Positions 1 to 12,990 of a DNA stretch of 64,000 nucleotides are shown piece after piece. The stretch is from the NCBI GenBank assembly GCA_002104945.1, contig MCFH01000055.1, positions 62,001 to 126,000 on the forward strand. The letters run 5' to 3'. Numbering within the stretch: position 1 is the stretch's first letter; every line of letters begins with the position of its first letter. The notes under the pieces are model-generated. The model saw only the letters and a list, made by a program, of their open reading frames with translations. It had not been told where the DNA came from and ran no database searches. The position numbers and the translations under genes were made by a program. The DNA comes from Piromyces finnis finn (taxonomy: Eukaryota; Fungi; Neocallimastigomycota).

Positions 1-127
1 TTATTTGATCCTCTTTTACTTCAGAATGTTTAAACTTAAAAAAGAGTTATTATTAATTATCATTAACTATCATTAAATGTATAATACCTTAAATAAAATA
101 ATTAAAATTTAAAATTAAAAGAATATT

Positions 128-360
128 AAACTAAAATGAAATTAAAATGAAACTAAAATAAAATTAAAATGAAACTAAAATAAAATTAAAATGAAACTAA
201 AATAAAATTAAAATGAAACTAAAATAAAATTAAAATGAAACTAAAATAAAATTAAAATGAAACTAAAATAAAATTAAAATGAAACTAAAATAAAATTAAA
301 ATGAAACTAAAATAAAATTAAAATGAAACTAAAATAAAATTAAAATGAAACTAAAATAAA
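128..360. repeat. 22-bp tandem minisatellite (GAAACTAAAATAAAATTAAAAT), ~10 copies
   Basis: The unit G recurs every 22 nt (149, 171, 193...). Confidence 0.95.
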
Positions 361-964
361 AGTATCAATTATTATAAGCACTCATTTTATACAAAAACCA
401 AAAACATAAAAGAATTCTGTATTTTATCCTTAAAATTACTATTATTGTTCTATTTCCAGGTTTAAGTTTGTCACTTTTAGTAATAATTACTCAATTATTT
501 AATTATTAGTTTTTAAATATAATTTTAAAAGAATTTTTAAGGGACATTTGGATAAACACTAGAATTAATAATTTGATATACACCATTTTATTTGAATTTA
601 TTCATTCATTTTTATTTATTATTTTATTATTTTAATATACTAATACACTATTTAATTAAGTTGTTTTATTTAATAATTTATTTATATTTATTTCTATTAA
701 GTCATTTTATTCAGAATTTATTATTATTTATTTAATAAAGAGAATATTATTTATTTAAAAGGGTTATATTTTTATATAGTTATTATTCATTTATTTTAAA
801 GGGTTATTGTTACTTATTTTTATTAAAAGTCACTATGGGTTAAGTCGTGTTTATTCGGTTAGTTTTTATTATATTTTTGTGCGAGTAGCGTATCAAGATG
901 TAATAATTATTACTATATATTTAATAATAATTATTATCTACAATATAATGATATAATATGTATT

Positions 965-1345
965 ATTAAATTGAGAAGTTTCTTAAAAGAAAATAAAGAA
1001 ATAAATACTTATCTTAAAGAGTTTATTATAAGTGAGCTATAATAAACAACACAAAATTTTAAAGATATTTTAGTTTAAATATTTTTATTAATATAGCTTT
1101 TTGAAAAAAGCTATTTACTATAATTGTCTTATAATAATAACTCTGGATTCTTTAATGGAATCCAAGAGTTCTCTTATTTATAATTTTATTAAAATTTAAA
1201 GTTAAATGAATAATTTCTAATCTTAACAAAAAATCTTTTTAGGAAAAGATTAGAAGAAAAACCTAAAAAGAAATTCGATTGATATCTTAGACATACCAAT
1301 CATCGTAATATTAAGTAAAACTTAATAAAGGAAAAACCTTAATAT
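965..1345. mobile_element. Degenerate family-L-related LTR fragment
   Basis: Shares ATACTTATC..GAGTTTATTATAAG, AATAACTCT..GATT..AATC.AAGAGT and AAAAGATTAGAAGAAAA blocks with 32248-32660, 54445-55071 (reverse) and 58442-60780. Confidence 0.5.
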
Positions 1346-1364
1346 CTGATATTTCTAATTTATT

Positions 1365-1672
1365 AAATAAAATAAAATAAAATAAAATAAAATAAAATAA
1401 AATAAAATAAAATAAAATAAAATAAAATAAAATAAAATAAAATAAAATAAATAAAATAAAATAAAATAAAATAAAATAAAATAAAATAAAATAAAATAAA
1501 ATAAAATAAAATAAAATAAAATAAAATAAAATAAAATAAAATAAAATAAAATAAAATAAAATAAAATAAAATAAAATAAAATAAAATAAAATAAAATAAA
1601 ATAAAATAAAATAAAATAAAATAAAATAAAATAAAATATAATAAAATAAAATAAAATAAAATAAAATAAAAT
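1365..1672. repeat. (TAAAA)n microsatellite
   Basis: Near-perfect pentanucleotide run. Confidence 0.97.
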
Positions 1673-1989
1673 GTTACATAATTTATAATTTGTGAAATTT
1701 TTGTATAATAATTTTACTAATAAATAAATAAATGGAAATGGATTATTAATCTCTAAATAAATACTATTAATTAAACTAAATATACGTAAAACCAATGTAT
1801 TAAATAAATTTACTATATTATTTAAATGAATGAATAAATATATTTTAAATAAATATTTATAATGTAATTAAATGAATAAGTAGTTAATGCATTAAGTAAA
1901 CTTACTATATTATATTAATGAATAAATAAATATATATTAAATAAATTCAATAAATTTTTATATAATGTTTAATTACATAATATAACTAA

Positions 1990-2410
1990 GAATGAATATT
2001 AAGTAATTTAATATTAATTCTTACATTGCTCCTCTTCAAATGATTCTTTAAGTTCAGGATTCCTTTTTACACATGGTTCTAATTGTGAGATATGAAATAT
2101 AGGTTGAAGGTGTAAGTTTTCTGGCAACTCCAGGTGGTTATTCATTCTTTCCCTCTTCTCAATGATTTTAAATAGCCCTAAATATTGTGAAGATAATTTT
2201 TTAGAAGGTTCATTGGAAAAATAGTATCTCTTTAGTTAAACCATGTCATTCACTTTAAAGTCAGAACCAGTAGATTTTTTTGGATTACCGAATTTCTTGA
2301 AATCTTCTTTAGCTTTGACTAAGTGGGCTTTTAAACCATCAAAATGAGAATCCCAGTCACTAGAAAGTTTTGAAATATTATCCTTAAGGAGAATTGGAGG
2401 TGAGTCTATT
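1990..2410 (-). pseudogene. pol: Ty3/Gypsy integrase C-terminal relic with polypurine tract (PPT) and start of 3' LTR (family P)
   Basis: Minus-strand translation ...FKVNDMV*LKR..SQYLGLFKIIEK..LELPENLHLQPIFHISQLEP.. (GPY/F region, internal stop); GAAGAGGAGCAA precedes TGTAAGAATTAATATT at 2025; the same LTR start recurs at 58441. Confidence 0.8.
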
Positions 2411-2489
2411 ATGCAAAATTAATTATGATTTACAAAAAAAAAAAAAAAAAACTATCCAATAGGAATTTGAATTTTTTAAAAAATATTTA

Positions 2490-2560
2490 TGCGTTAACCG
2501 GGAATCGAACCCGGGCCATTTGCTTGGAAGGCAAATATTCTACCTCTATACTATTAACGC
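2490..2560 (-). tRNA. tRNA-Gly-TCC: tRNA-Gly(TCC)
   Basis: GCGTTAA/TTAACGC acceptor stem; ATTTGC-CTTCCAA-GCAAAT anticodon arm; GGTTCGATTCC B-box; downstream T-run. Confidence 0.96.
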
Positions 2561-2574
2561 CTCATATGTTAATA

Positions 2575-3365
2575 TGATAAATAATGAAATTAATAAATAT
2601 AAAATTATTATTAAACCTGATTTTCAAATTAACCCTAAAAGTAACTTTAAATAAGTTATAGTTTAATTAATTACTTTACCAAAATTCTAAAATAAAATTA
2701 ATCCTAAACACTGCATATATTCTAATTATTGAAAGAAAATAATAAACTTTAATTAATCGAGATCAAAATATATAACTTTTGTTAAATTAATTATTAAATT
2801 AAATATTTAATAACTTCGTTAGTAAATTACACTTTAAAAGTAAACAAATATAATAATTCATGTTATAAAATAATATAATTAAACACCTTTATTAAAACAT
2901 TAAAAATAATTATTACTTTAATTAATTGTAAAATAAACAACTTTTTATATTCTTTAACTTTTAATTATTTCTTTTATTGTTATTTCTAATTACTTTTATT
3001 ATTTTTATTGTAAATAGTTATTAATTTTATTGTTTTAATGTAAATAGTTTAAATTTAAAAGAAAATATAAATACATGTAAATATCCTTATTTTAATCATT
3101 ATTATTATTATTAATAAAGAAATATTATAATTTTAATAATCACTTTTATAATTAATTAAATAAAATTTTAAATATTTAAATATTAGAAAAACGAGTGTTT
3201 CTAATAAAACAATTTAGTGTTTTTAATAAAACAATTTTATTAATCTTTATAAAAACAATTTCAAATTCTAATCCATATAACTTATATAGTTATAACTCAA
3301 GATATAATATAATAATCACTTTTTGAAGTAAAATTCAAAATTAAGATTATTATCAAATTATATCA
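2575..3365 (+). repeat. Family A 5' LTR (791 bp)
   Basis: TGATAAATAA...ATTATATCA; direct repeat of 10753-11564. Confidence 0.97.
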
Positions 3366-3366
3366 A

Positions 3367-3383
3367 TGGTCCTTCGAACCGGA
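3367..3383 (+). promoter_or_regulatory. Primer-binding site, probably tRNA-Tyr
   Basis: TGGTCCTTCGAACCGGA one base after the LTR; complementary to a CCA-ended tRNA and resembles eukaryotic tRNA-Tyr 3' ends (..CCGGYUCGAAGGA-CCA). Confidence 0.75.
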
Positions 3384-3731
3384 GAATCAAAATAAGGTAA
3401 ATATATAAATTTTCTTTATATAAAAATTTCATATAGAATAGTAAAATATTCTATGAAATTAATTAAATAATAGTATAGAATAGATAATTAATAGAATAGT
3501 TAAATATTCTCAATATTTTATCTATTTAGAAATTATAACTTATTAAATAATAAAATAATATTAAAATAATAAATCAATATTCAATATTGAAATATTATTT
3601 AAATATTATTAAATCAATATTAAAATAAAATAAATAAATTATAATACTTAATAGTATAGTATTAATATAGTAAATTGATATATAAACATTATATATTAGA
3701 TAAAATATATAGATATTTTAAATAAGAAAAG

Positions 3732-3769
<38 letters not shown>

Positions 3770-3968
3770 GTATAGAAAAATTATTAGATAAATAGATTGA
3801 TAATATTATAAATAAGATAGTTGAAAGAATTAATTATAATAATAAAATAGGTATATATACATTAGATATATATACATAAAAATAAATATATAATAAAAAT
3901 AAATCAAAATAATAATAAATAAAGATTTAAGTATATATATATAAAAAATATATATACACCAAACAAAC

Positions 3969-4004
<36 letters not shown>

Positions 4005-5348
4005 ATAAATATAAAACTTTATAAATAAAAAATACTTGTAAAAATATACTAGGAGCGTATAGAGCTCATATACAGAGTTTCAGTGTATAATTAACTAGTT
4101 TCAGTTGGTTAGAAACTATAGCTGTTAATCACTGAAGTATTTGTAAAAGTAGGACGAGTGTGAATAGCACGCTTACTTGGGGGAAGGGATTGTTAGTGTG
4201 ATAAAAAGCACGCAATACAGGACTCTCAAGTTGAATACTTTTGTGAACTCTGGCGAATAAGGAACTTTAGTCACCGAAGGCTAAAGGTTTGTCGTGAAGG
4301 TAAAGCGACATAAAAATATATAGTTTAAATTTATTTTGAGGTCTAGTATATCACCTCTAGTTAGTAGCTTTTGCCGGTTAATTAAATTGTTGTAAGGCAC
4401 TAAAAAGCGAAAAATAAATCCTGTAAATAAAGTTTTATATTTAATTATTTTTTTTAAAAAAAGAAAAAGAAATACATAAATTATAATTATAAATTAATAA
4501 TTATAATTTATAAATTAAAGATAAAAATTATTTAATTATAAAATATAATCATCGGTCAAGTAAAATTAAAAGTATTGTTATAAATTTTAAATAATAAAAG
4601 CAATAATATTGAGTTGTCTTTTTAGTTAATTTTCAGCGAAAAATAACTTTTGTTTATCTTTTCGGTTAATTAATTACTAAGATAATTAAAGTGTTTTATA
4701 GTAAGTTAGTAAGAGTGCAGTTTTATCACATATCGTGGGGGAGTAGAGCGCTAACTAATAAGTAAATATTACACCACTTAATATTTATGACGGTTAGTTA
4801 GTGGAGGTCGAAAGGCACGGTGACGAAACTGTCGGGTACTCTGAAGGTACTATAATAACATAATCAATATTATTTTCTGCTTTATAATAAAGAAATAAAA
4901 ATAAACATCCTACTCTAAATTAAATATTTTTTTTAACAATACTAATATATAAATAACTTAATATAAATAAAATATATTCTTAACATTTTCTCAAAAAAAA
5001 TAAAATCTTCTTAATTACAATAAAACTAAAGCAAGTGTCTACAAGTGTTTACAAACAACAACCAATTACTCCTTTTATATTACATTATATAAACGTTATA
5101 TAAGATTATATTTTATTAATAACAGTAATAAATAAAATACCTGTAAATAAAATTATATTATTGTAAATAAAGACTATTGTAAATAAAAACATATTACTGT
5201 ACTTATAACTAAATTATTGTAAATAAAGATTGTTGTAAATAAAAACATATTATTGTTCTTATAACTAAATTATTGAGAATAAATAAAAATTGAGTTTTTA
5301 AATAAAATATTAAAATAAAATTAAATAAAATAAAAATAAAAAGTAATA

Positions 5349-6317
5349 ATGGATAATACTACTAAAGGTATTACCTTTAATAGAATACCTATTTTGGGTT
5401 CAACAAAGGTTGAATTTGATGATTGGGAATTTTCTTTCAAACATTGGTGTAATTTATATAAGGCACCAGAACAAGAAAAGTTAGAATACCTTATATCATT
5501 AACTACAGGTACAGCTAGAACAATTGTAGTTAATGCATTAAATAAAGAAACACCAGATGATTATAATACCATCATCAAAAACCTTAAAAGTCATTTTAAA
5601 GGTTCAGTACCAAAGAATTCTAGATTATTAGAATTGTCTACTATTACAATAAAGAAAAATGAAAGTGTATCTGAATTCAATATTAAATTTGACTCTTTAA
5701 TAAATAAAACAAACTTAAAAATGTCAAATGAAATCATATTGTCCTACTATATTAATGCTTTTAGAAACCTTACTAAAACTTACGAAGCACTTTTAGAAGC
5801 TGAACCAAAAAGTTTAGAAGAAGCCAGAAACATTACTATTAAGAAAGAGAAAATTTTCAATATAGTTGAAGAAAATAGACCAAAAATAAGAACTTCCATT
5901 AATTCTAGAAGATCTCCAAATGATAATAATGCTCAAAGAAATAATGATAAAGCATATTCCAATAATTTTAATAGTTATAACCGAATGAATAATAATAATA
6001 CCACCCAAAATAGTTTTAAAAATTATAATAATAGAAATTATACTAATAACTACAGAAATAATAATTATAATAGTAATATTCAAAATAATAACTACAATAA
6101 TAATAACAATAATTATCCAAGATTTAATAATATTAGTCAAAATGTTGAGCAAAGAAGAAGTACCTTAAAATATCCACAAAATAATGATGATGAACTAAAA
6201 GAAATAACTCAAAAGCTTGCTGACCTAAAAATTAATGTTTGTTTAAATTGTAAAAGAATAGGTCATACTACGAATGATTGTCCAGAATTAGATGATGAAT
6301 ATAATCATTTAAACTAA
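5349..6317 (+). CDS. gag: Gag of family A with CCHC zinc knuckle
   Basis: 322-aa ORF; retrotransposon gag-like N-terminus; CLNCKRIGHTTNDC knuckle. Confidence 0.93.
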   Translation: MDNTTKGITFNRIPILGSTKVEFDDWEFSFKHWCNLYKAPEQEKLEYLISLTTGTARTIVVNALNKETPDDYNTIIKNLKSHFKGSVPKNSRLLELSTITIKKNESVSEFNIKFDSLINKTNLKMSNEIILSYYINAFRNLTKTYEALLEAEPKSLEEARNITIKKEKIFNIVEENRPKIRTSINSRRSPNDNNAQRNNDKAYSNNFNSYNRMNNNNTTQNSFKNYNNRNYTNNYRNNNYNSNIQNNNYNNNNNNYPRFNNISQNVEQRRSTLKYPQNNDDELKEITQKLADLKINVCLNCKRIGHTTNDCPELDDEYNHLN

Positions 6318-6342
6318 ATAATGGGAGTAAGCAATCTCCCAT
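6308..6342 (+). promoter_or_regulatory. -1 ribosomal frameshift signal (U UUA AAC plus stem-loop)
   Basis: TTTAAAC at 6308-6314 in gag frame just before the stop; 6-nt spacer; ATGGGAG/CTCCCAT 7-bp stem; -1 frame stays open into the protease. Confidence 0.85.
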
Positions 6343-7302
6343 AAAAACTAAAATTGCAAACAATTCACAAAATGTACAAGAAGCCCAAATAAATTCTAAT
6401 ATCTCTAATGAAAATAATTATTCTATAAATGCCGCTCAAAAGAAGAGAATAAATGTTAAAACACTAGATAAAAATAAAATATCACCAAATAATAAAAGTA
6501 TTGTCAAACCCTCAATACTTAACCAACCCAACATTAGGAATTTAAAACAACAAAAGAAGAATATTAGAGATACTCGTGGAAGAAAAATTAGTGAAGATAA
6601 AGATGAAGAGATGGAAGAAATCCCAAATGAAGAAACAGAAATAGAAAGTGAAGAAGAACAAAATAATACCAATGAAATACCTCTAGAAGAAGTTACGAAT
6701 ACAAAAGAACATATCCAACCTATTGAAATTAATGATTCTAACAATTCTACTAATGAAGAAACTTTTAAAAATAATAATGAAACTAATAAAATAAAAGTAA
6801 AGAAAAATCTTGTCAAACCCAAGGTAACTACAAAAAGAAATATGACAGAAATACAAATGTTAAAAACCAAAGATAAATTTAGTATAATTAAAGAAGCAAA
6901 TAATTTATATCCAAAAATAAGTCTTTCTCAATTACTCTCTGCTAGTCCATCGCTTAGAAAAGAATTAGAACAAGGTTGTAAACCCAAAGTTGAAAAAGTG
7001 ATGTACTCCTTTAATAACTCTAATATTCCATTAATAATTGGCGACATAGATGGAAAATATTTAAAAATCCTTTATGATACTGGCGCAAACGTCAATATCA
7101 TTACTACAAATGGTTTTAATAAATTATCTAATAAAAATATTGAAAGAAGTGATGAGGAACAAAATATAACTATTGCTAATGGTACTACTGTTCCTACAAA
7201 TATTTTTACTACTTTAAAAATAAATATTAATAATTGTTGTACTATTTTAGAAAAATTTTATATTATAGAACAAAGTAACCCATACTTTGATATAATTTTT
7301 GG

Positions 7303-7306
<4 letters not shown>

Positions 7307-7341
<35 letters not shown>

Positions 7342-7873
7342 TTCCGAGTGCATTTCTCCCATCGATCAGAGTTAGCTCCAATGGTGGTTCTTAGAGAAAC
7401 GTTGGCTCATTCCTATTGCTAGGTGGTTGTGACCCTCCTGGTCTGTCATACTGTTTCTTCAGCTTCGACGCTCACTTAATCCATGTACATTAGATGCATG
7501 TCGTTGTACGATATTTCACAACTACAATGCTAAGCCTCTTATAGTCAATTTGATCACGTGTCAACCGCCCCCTAATGTTTACACTTAAATTGATTAAGGA
7601 ATATTATGTGTTTTTGGCATAGCCTAAGTCACCACTTATTAAGTTCTAATTTGGAATGTACCATGTACACTAGACCCTCTCAGGCCGGCTAGACGAGTGT
7701 TATTATCATAGTAGTAAATTAGAAAGTTCATTTATACTTACCTGAATATCATAACCCAACCCATGGCAAACCCAGTGGGAAAATCCACAGGCACTGACAT
7801 CTGCGGGGTCGAACCAGAAGCCTTATGTATGCTAAGGAAACGCCTTAACAACCAGGATAAAAACTGGAACGAC
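7307..7873 (-). mobile_element. Polyadenylated non-LTR retroposon, probable tRNA-derived SINE
   Basis: 13-bp TSD AATTTTTGGAAGA (7294-7306, 7874-7886); 32-nt poly(A) tail; no ORF; 5' head has GGTTCGACCCC B-box and a CCTTA-7nt-TAAGG hairpin. Confidence 0.8.
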
Positions 7874-10752
7874 AATTTTTGGAAGAGGTATTCAAAAGAA
7901 ATACCGTTTATTTATTGACCCTGATGATGATTATATATATCAAAAAACCAAAAAAGGTTTAAAGAAAATTACAAATATTATCAATAGTAATGATAATGAT
8001 ATTAATGATATTCCTTTGATGAATTCTATAATTATTTCAAAAGAAGAAAACCAAGAATTTCAAGATACATTAAAAGAAATTTTAAATTCAACACCTGATA
8101 ATATTAAATCAAAATTTGAACATATTATAAATAAATATAAAAATTGTATGGCTACATCAATGTCTCAATTAACTACTGCGGATCTAGAGCCTCATTCTAT
8201 AATTACTACTACTAATAAACCAATAAAATTAAAACCTTATAAATTATCTAAGGAACATGCTGATATTTTAAAAAGTGAAATTCTTTCATTACTTGATAAA
8301 GGTTTAATTACTCCTTCTCACTCTCCATGGTCATTTCCAGTTCTGCTTGTACAAAAGAAAAATGGTAAATGGAGAATGTGTATTGATTATAGAAGACTTA
8401 ATGAAATTACCATTAAGGATTCTTATGCACTTCCTTTTATTGATGAATTAATTTCTTCTGTTAATGGTGCAAAAATATTTTCTGCTTTAGATTTATATTC
8501 TGGCTATCATCAAATTCCTATGAATCCAAATGATATTGAAAAAACTGCTTTTACAACAAAATTTGGTAATTATAATTTTAAAGTAATGCCATTTGGTTTA
8601 ACTAATGCTCCCGCTACTTTCCAGCGAGAAATGAATAGGATTCTCTTACCATTAATTGGTAAATGTCTTTTTGTTTATATTGATGATATTGTTGTTTATT
8701 CTAAATCACCTGAAGAACATCTTTATCATTTACAACAAGTTTTTGAAATATTATCTAAATATAATCTTTCTCTTAATTTACAAAAATGTAAATTCTTTCA
8801 AGAAAAGGTAGAAGTACTAGGACATGTACTTACACCTAATGGATTAAAAACTGTTCCTTCTAAAGTTCAAAGTATTGCCTTATGGAATGCTCCAAGAAAT
8901 GTTAATGAACTAAGATCATTCCTAGGTTTAGCTAGTTATTACCGCAAATTTATTCAAAATTTTTCTATTAGAGCAAGTTCTCTTTTTAATTTATTAAAGA
9001 AAGACCAAGAATATATTTGGTCACAAGAATGTAATGATGCTTTTGAAGATATTCGACAATGTCTATTAAGTGATCCTATTTTAAGTTATCCTGATTTTAA
9101 TAAAGAATTTATTATTCGTACTGATGCATCAACTAATGGCATTGGTGCTGTACTCTTACAGGTGGAGGGGGACAAATTGGAACATCCAATTTGTTGTATT
9201 AGTCGTACTTTATCTACTTCAGAAAAGAATTATTCTGTTACTGATCTTGAAGGATTAGCAATTTATTATGCTATTTTACAATTTCGTCAATATATTATAA
9301 GTAATAAAAATCCTACCATATTAATTACCGATCATAAACCATTACTTGGATTCTATAAAAAGAATATTCCATCAAAAGGTAGACATGCAAGATGGATTGA
9401 AGAATTTAATAAATATAAAATTGAATTAAAATATGATAAAGGAAAGAAAAATGTTTTTGCTGATGCTCTTTCAAGATTGCCTTCTAAAAACTCTAATGAA
9501 ATAGTAAATTGCGCTTATGCAATTTTATCTGATTTTAATCCAAGAGATTTAGACCTACCTGAAGGAATAAAAAAATATTTTACTAAAAATTATCAAGTTG
9601 TTGATAATACTCTTTATTACAAAAAGGATGAATTATATCTTAAAGTTATTTATAAAGATGAAGATAAAAAGGATATTATAAGTCGTGCTCATTCTGTTGG
9701 TCATGAAGGTGCTGAAAAGACCACAAATAGAATTTTAAAATCTTACTATTGGCCTGGTATTTGGAATGATGTAAGAATGTGGGTAAAGTCCTGTAGAAAA
9801 TGTCAACTTTGTAGACCTAAGCCTTTACCTAAAAATACTGAAGATAATATAACCCCAATTGAACAACCATTTACTAGAGTCGGATTAGATATAGTTGGTC
9901 CATTACCACTTACTAAACATGGAAATTCTTATATTATTACCCTTGTTGATTATTTCACCAAATGGGTTGAAGCTAAAGCAATCCCAAATATGAAATCAGA
10001 AGAAGTAATAAAATTTTTAATAGAAGTAATAACAAGACACGGTCCACCAGAAATAATTGTTACTGATAATGGAAGTTCGTTTATGTCTGATATTACTAAA
10101 ATGATGATTGATCTATATGGATCATGGGTTCATTTTGTTTCTCCTCATCACCCACAATCTAATGGTATGATTGAAAATAGAAACAAAGAAATTGGAAAAA
10201 CTTTAAGACTTTTAATTGAAAATGAATCCGAATGGGATGAATATTTACCATCTGCACTTTGGGCACTTAGAACCACCAAAAATTCAAAAACTAAGTTTAG
10301 TAGTTTCGAACTATTATATGGTAGAAGAGACACATGGCCATTAGAAATAATGTTTCCTGATATTTATAAAGATCCTAATGAAACAGAAGAAGAATATATT
10401 TTTCGAAGATTTTTAAGGCATCAAAATTGGGTAAAACAAGCTACTGAATATTCTAATCATGCTAATCAATATTGGGAACATAGAATAGGTTTATCCAAAG
10501 CTTTAAAGAAGACTTATAAACCAGGTGATTATGTTATGATAAGATTAATAGGAAGAAGTAAATTAAATCCTTATTTTTATGGTCCTTATAAAGTTGTTAA
10601 TAAACAAAAATTTAATACTGTTGTACTTGAAGATCCACATACAGGAAAACTACTTGATAGAAATGTGCATATTAAAAATATTTTTCCTTACGTTCTACCA
10701 GAACAAAATTTGACTTCAAGGGACGAAGTTAATTCTTAAAAGGCCGAGAAAC

Positions 10753-11564
10753 TGATAAATAATGAAATTAATAAATATAAAATTATTATTAAACCTGATT
10801 TTCAAATTAACCCTAAAAGTAACTTTAAATAAGTTATAGTTTAATTAATTACTTTACCAAAATTCTAAAATAAAATTAATCCTAAACACTGCATATATTC
10901 TAATTATTGAAAGAAAATAATAAACTTTAATTAATCGAGATCAAAATATATAACTTTTGTTAAATTAATTGTTAAATTAAATGTGTAATAACTTCGTTAG
11001 TAAATTACACTTTAAAAGTAAACAAATATAATAATTCATGTTATAAAATAATATAATTAAACACCTTTATTAAAACATTAAAAATAATTATTACTTTAAT
11101 TAATTGTAAAATTAACAACTTTTTATATTCTTTAACTTTTAATTATTTCTTTTATTGTTATTTCTAATTACTTTTATTACTTTTATTGTAAATAGTTATT
11201 AATTTTATTGTTTTAATGTAAATAGTTTAAATTTAAAAGAAAATATAAATACATGTAAATATCCTTATTTTAATCATTATTATTATTATTAATAAAGAAA
11301 TATTATATAGTTTAGTTAATATTTTTTTAATTTTAATAATCACTTTTATACTTAAATAAATAAAATTTTAAATATTTAAATATTAGAAAAACGAGTGTTT
11401 CTAATAAAACAATTTAGTGTCTTAATAAAACAATTTTATTAATTTTTATAAAAACAATTTTAAATTCTAATCCATATAACTTATATAGTTATACTCAAAG
11501 ATATAATATAATAATCACTTTTTGAAGTAAAATTCAAAATTAAGATTATTATCAAATTATATCA
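10753..11564 (+). repeat. Family A 3' LTR (812 bp)
   Basis: Preceded by purine-rich AAAAGGCCGAGAAAC; has a 22-bp block absent from the 5' LTR. Confidence 0.97.
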
Positions 11565-11569
11565 AATAT

Positions 11570-12227
<658 letters not shown>

Positions 12228-12990
12228 ATATGATAAATAATGAATTTAATAAATATAAAATTATTATTATACCTGATTTTTAAGTTAACCTTAAAAGTAA
12301 CTTAAATAAGTTATAGTTTAATTAATTACTTTTACCAGAATTTTAAAATAAAATTAATCCTTAACACTGCATATATTTTGATTATTGAAAGAAAAAATAA
12401 TAAATTTTAATTAATCGAGATCAAAATATATAACTTTTGTTAAATTAATTGATAAATTAAATACTTAATAACTTCTTTAATAAATTACACTTTAAAAGTA
12501 AACAAATATAATAATTCATATTATAAAATAATATAATTAAACACCTTTATTAAAACATTAAAAATAATTATTACTTTAATTAATTGTAAAATAAACAACT
12601 TTTTATATTCTTTAACTTTTAATTATTTCTTTTATTGTTATTGGTAATTGCTTTTATTGTAAATAGTTATTAATTTTATTATTTATTTTAATGTAAATAG
12701 TTTAAATTTAAAATAAAATATAAATACATGTAAATATTCTTATTTTAATCATTATTATTATTATTAATAAAGAAATATTATATAGTTTAGTTAGTATTTC
12801 TATAATTTTAATAATCATTTTAATAACTTAATAAATAAAATTTTAAATATTTAAATATTAGAAAAACGAGTGTTTCTAATAAAACAATTTAGTGCTGTAA
12901 CAAAACAATTTTATTAATTTTTATAAAACATTATTTTATAAATATAACTTATACAGTTATATCTAAAGATATAATATAATAATCACTTTT

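Larger units (their letters stand above)
6308..10739 (+). pseudogene. pol: Pol of family A (PR-RT-RNaseH-IN) split by a SINE-like insertion
   Basis: LYDTGAN protease; YIDD RT; RTDAS RNase H; H-H-C-C, GLDIVGP and TDNG integrase; GPY; reads FGR|GIQKK in frame once 7307-7886 is removed. Confidence 0.95.
2575..11564 (+). mobile_element. Full-length Ty3/Gypsy LTR retrotransposon, family A (no chromodomain), 14 bp upstream of tRNA-Gly
   Basis: TG..CA LTRs 2575-3365 and 10753-11564; 4-bp TSD AATA (2571-2574, 11565-11568); PBS, gag, PR-RT-RH-IN, PPT. Confidence 0.97.

Noticed and set aside
1355-1795. 146-aa ORF of ILFYF repeats
   Set aside because: Translation of the (TAAAA)n microsatellite
4800-4855. 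GACGAAACTGTC..CTGAAGG as a hammerhead ribozyme
   Set aside because: No room for a stem III loop, and CUGANGA is not matched
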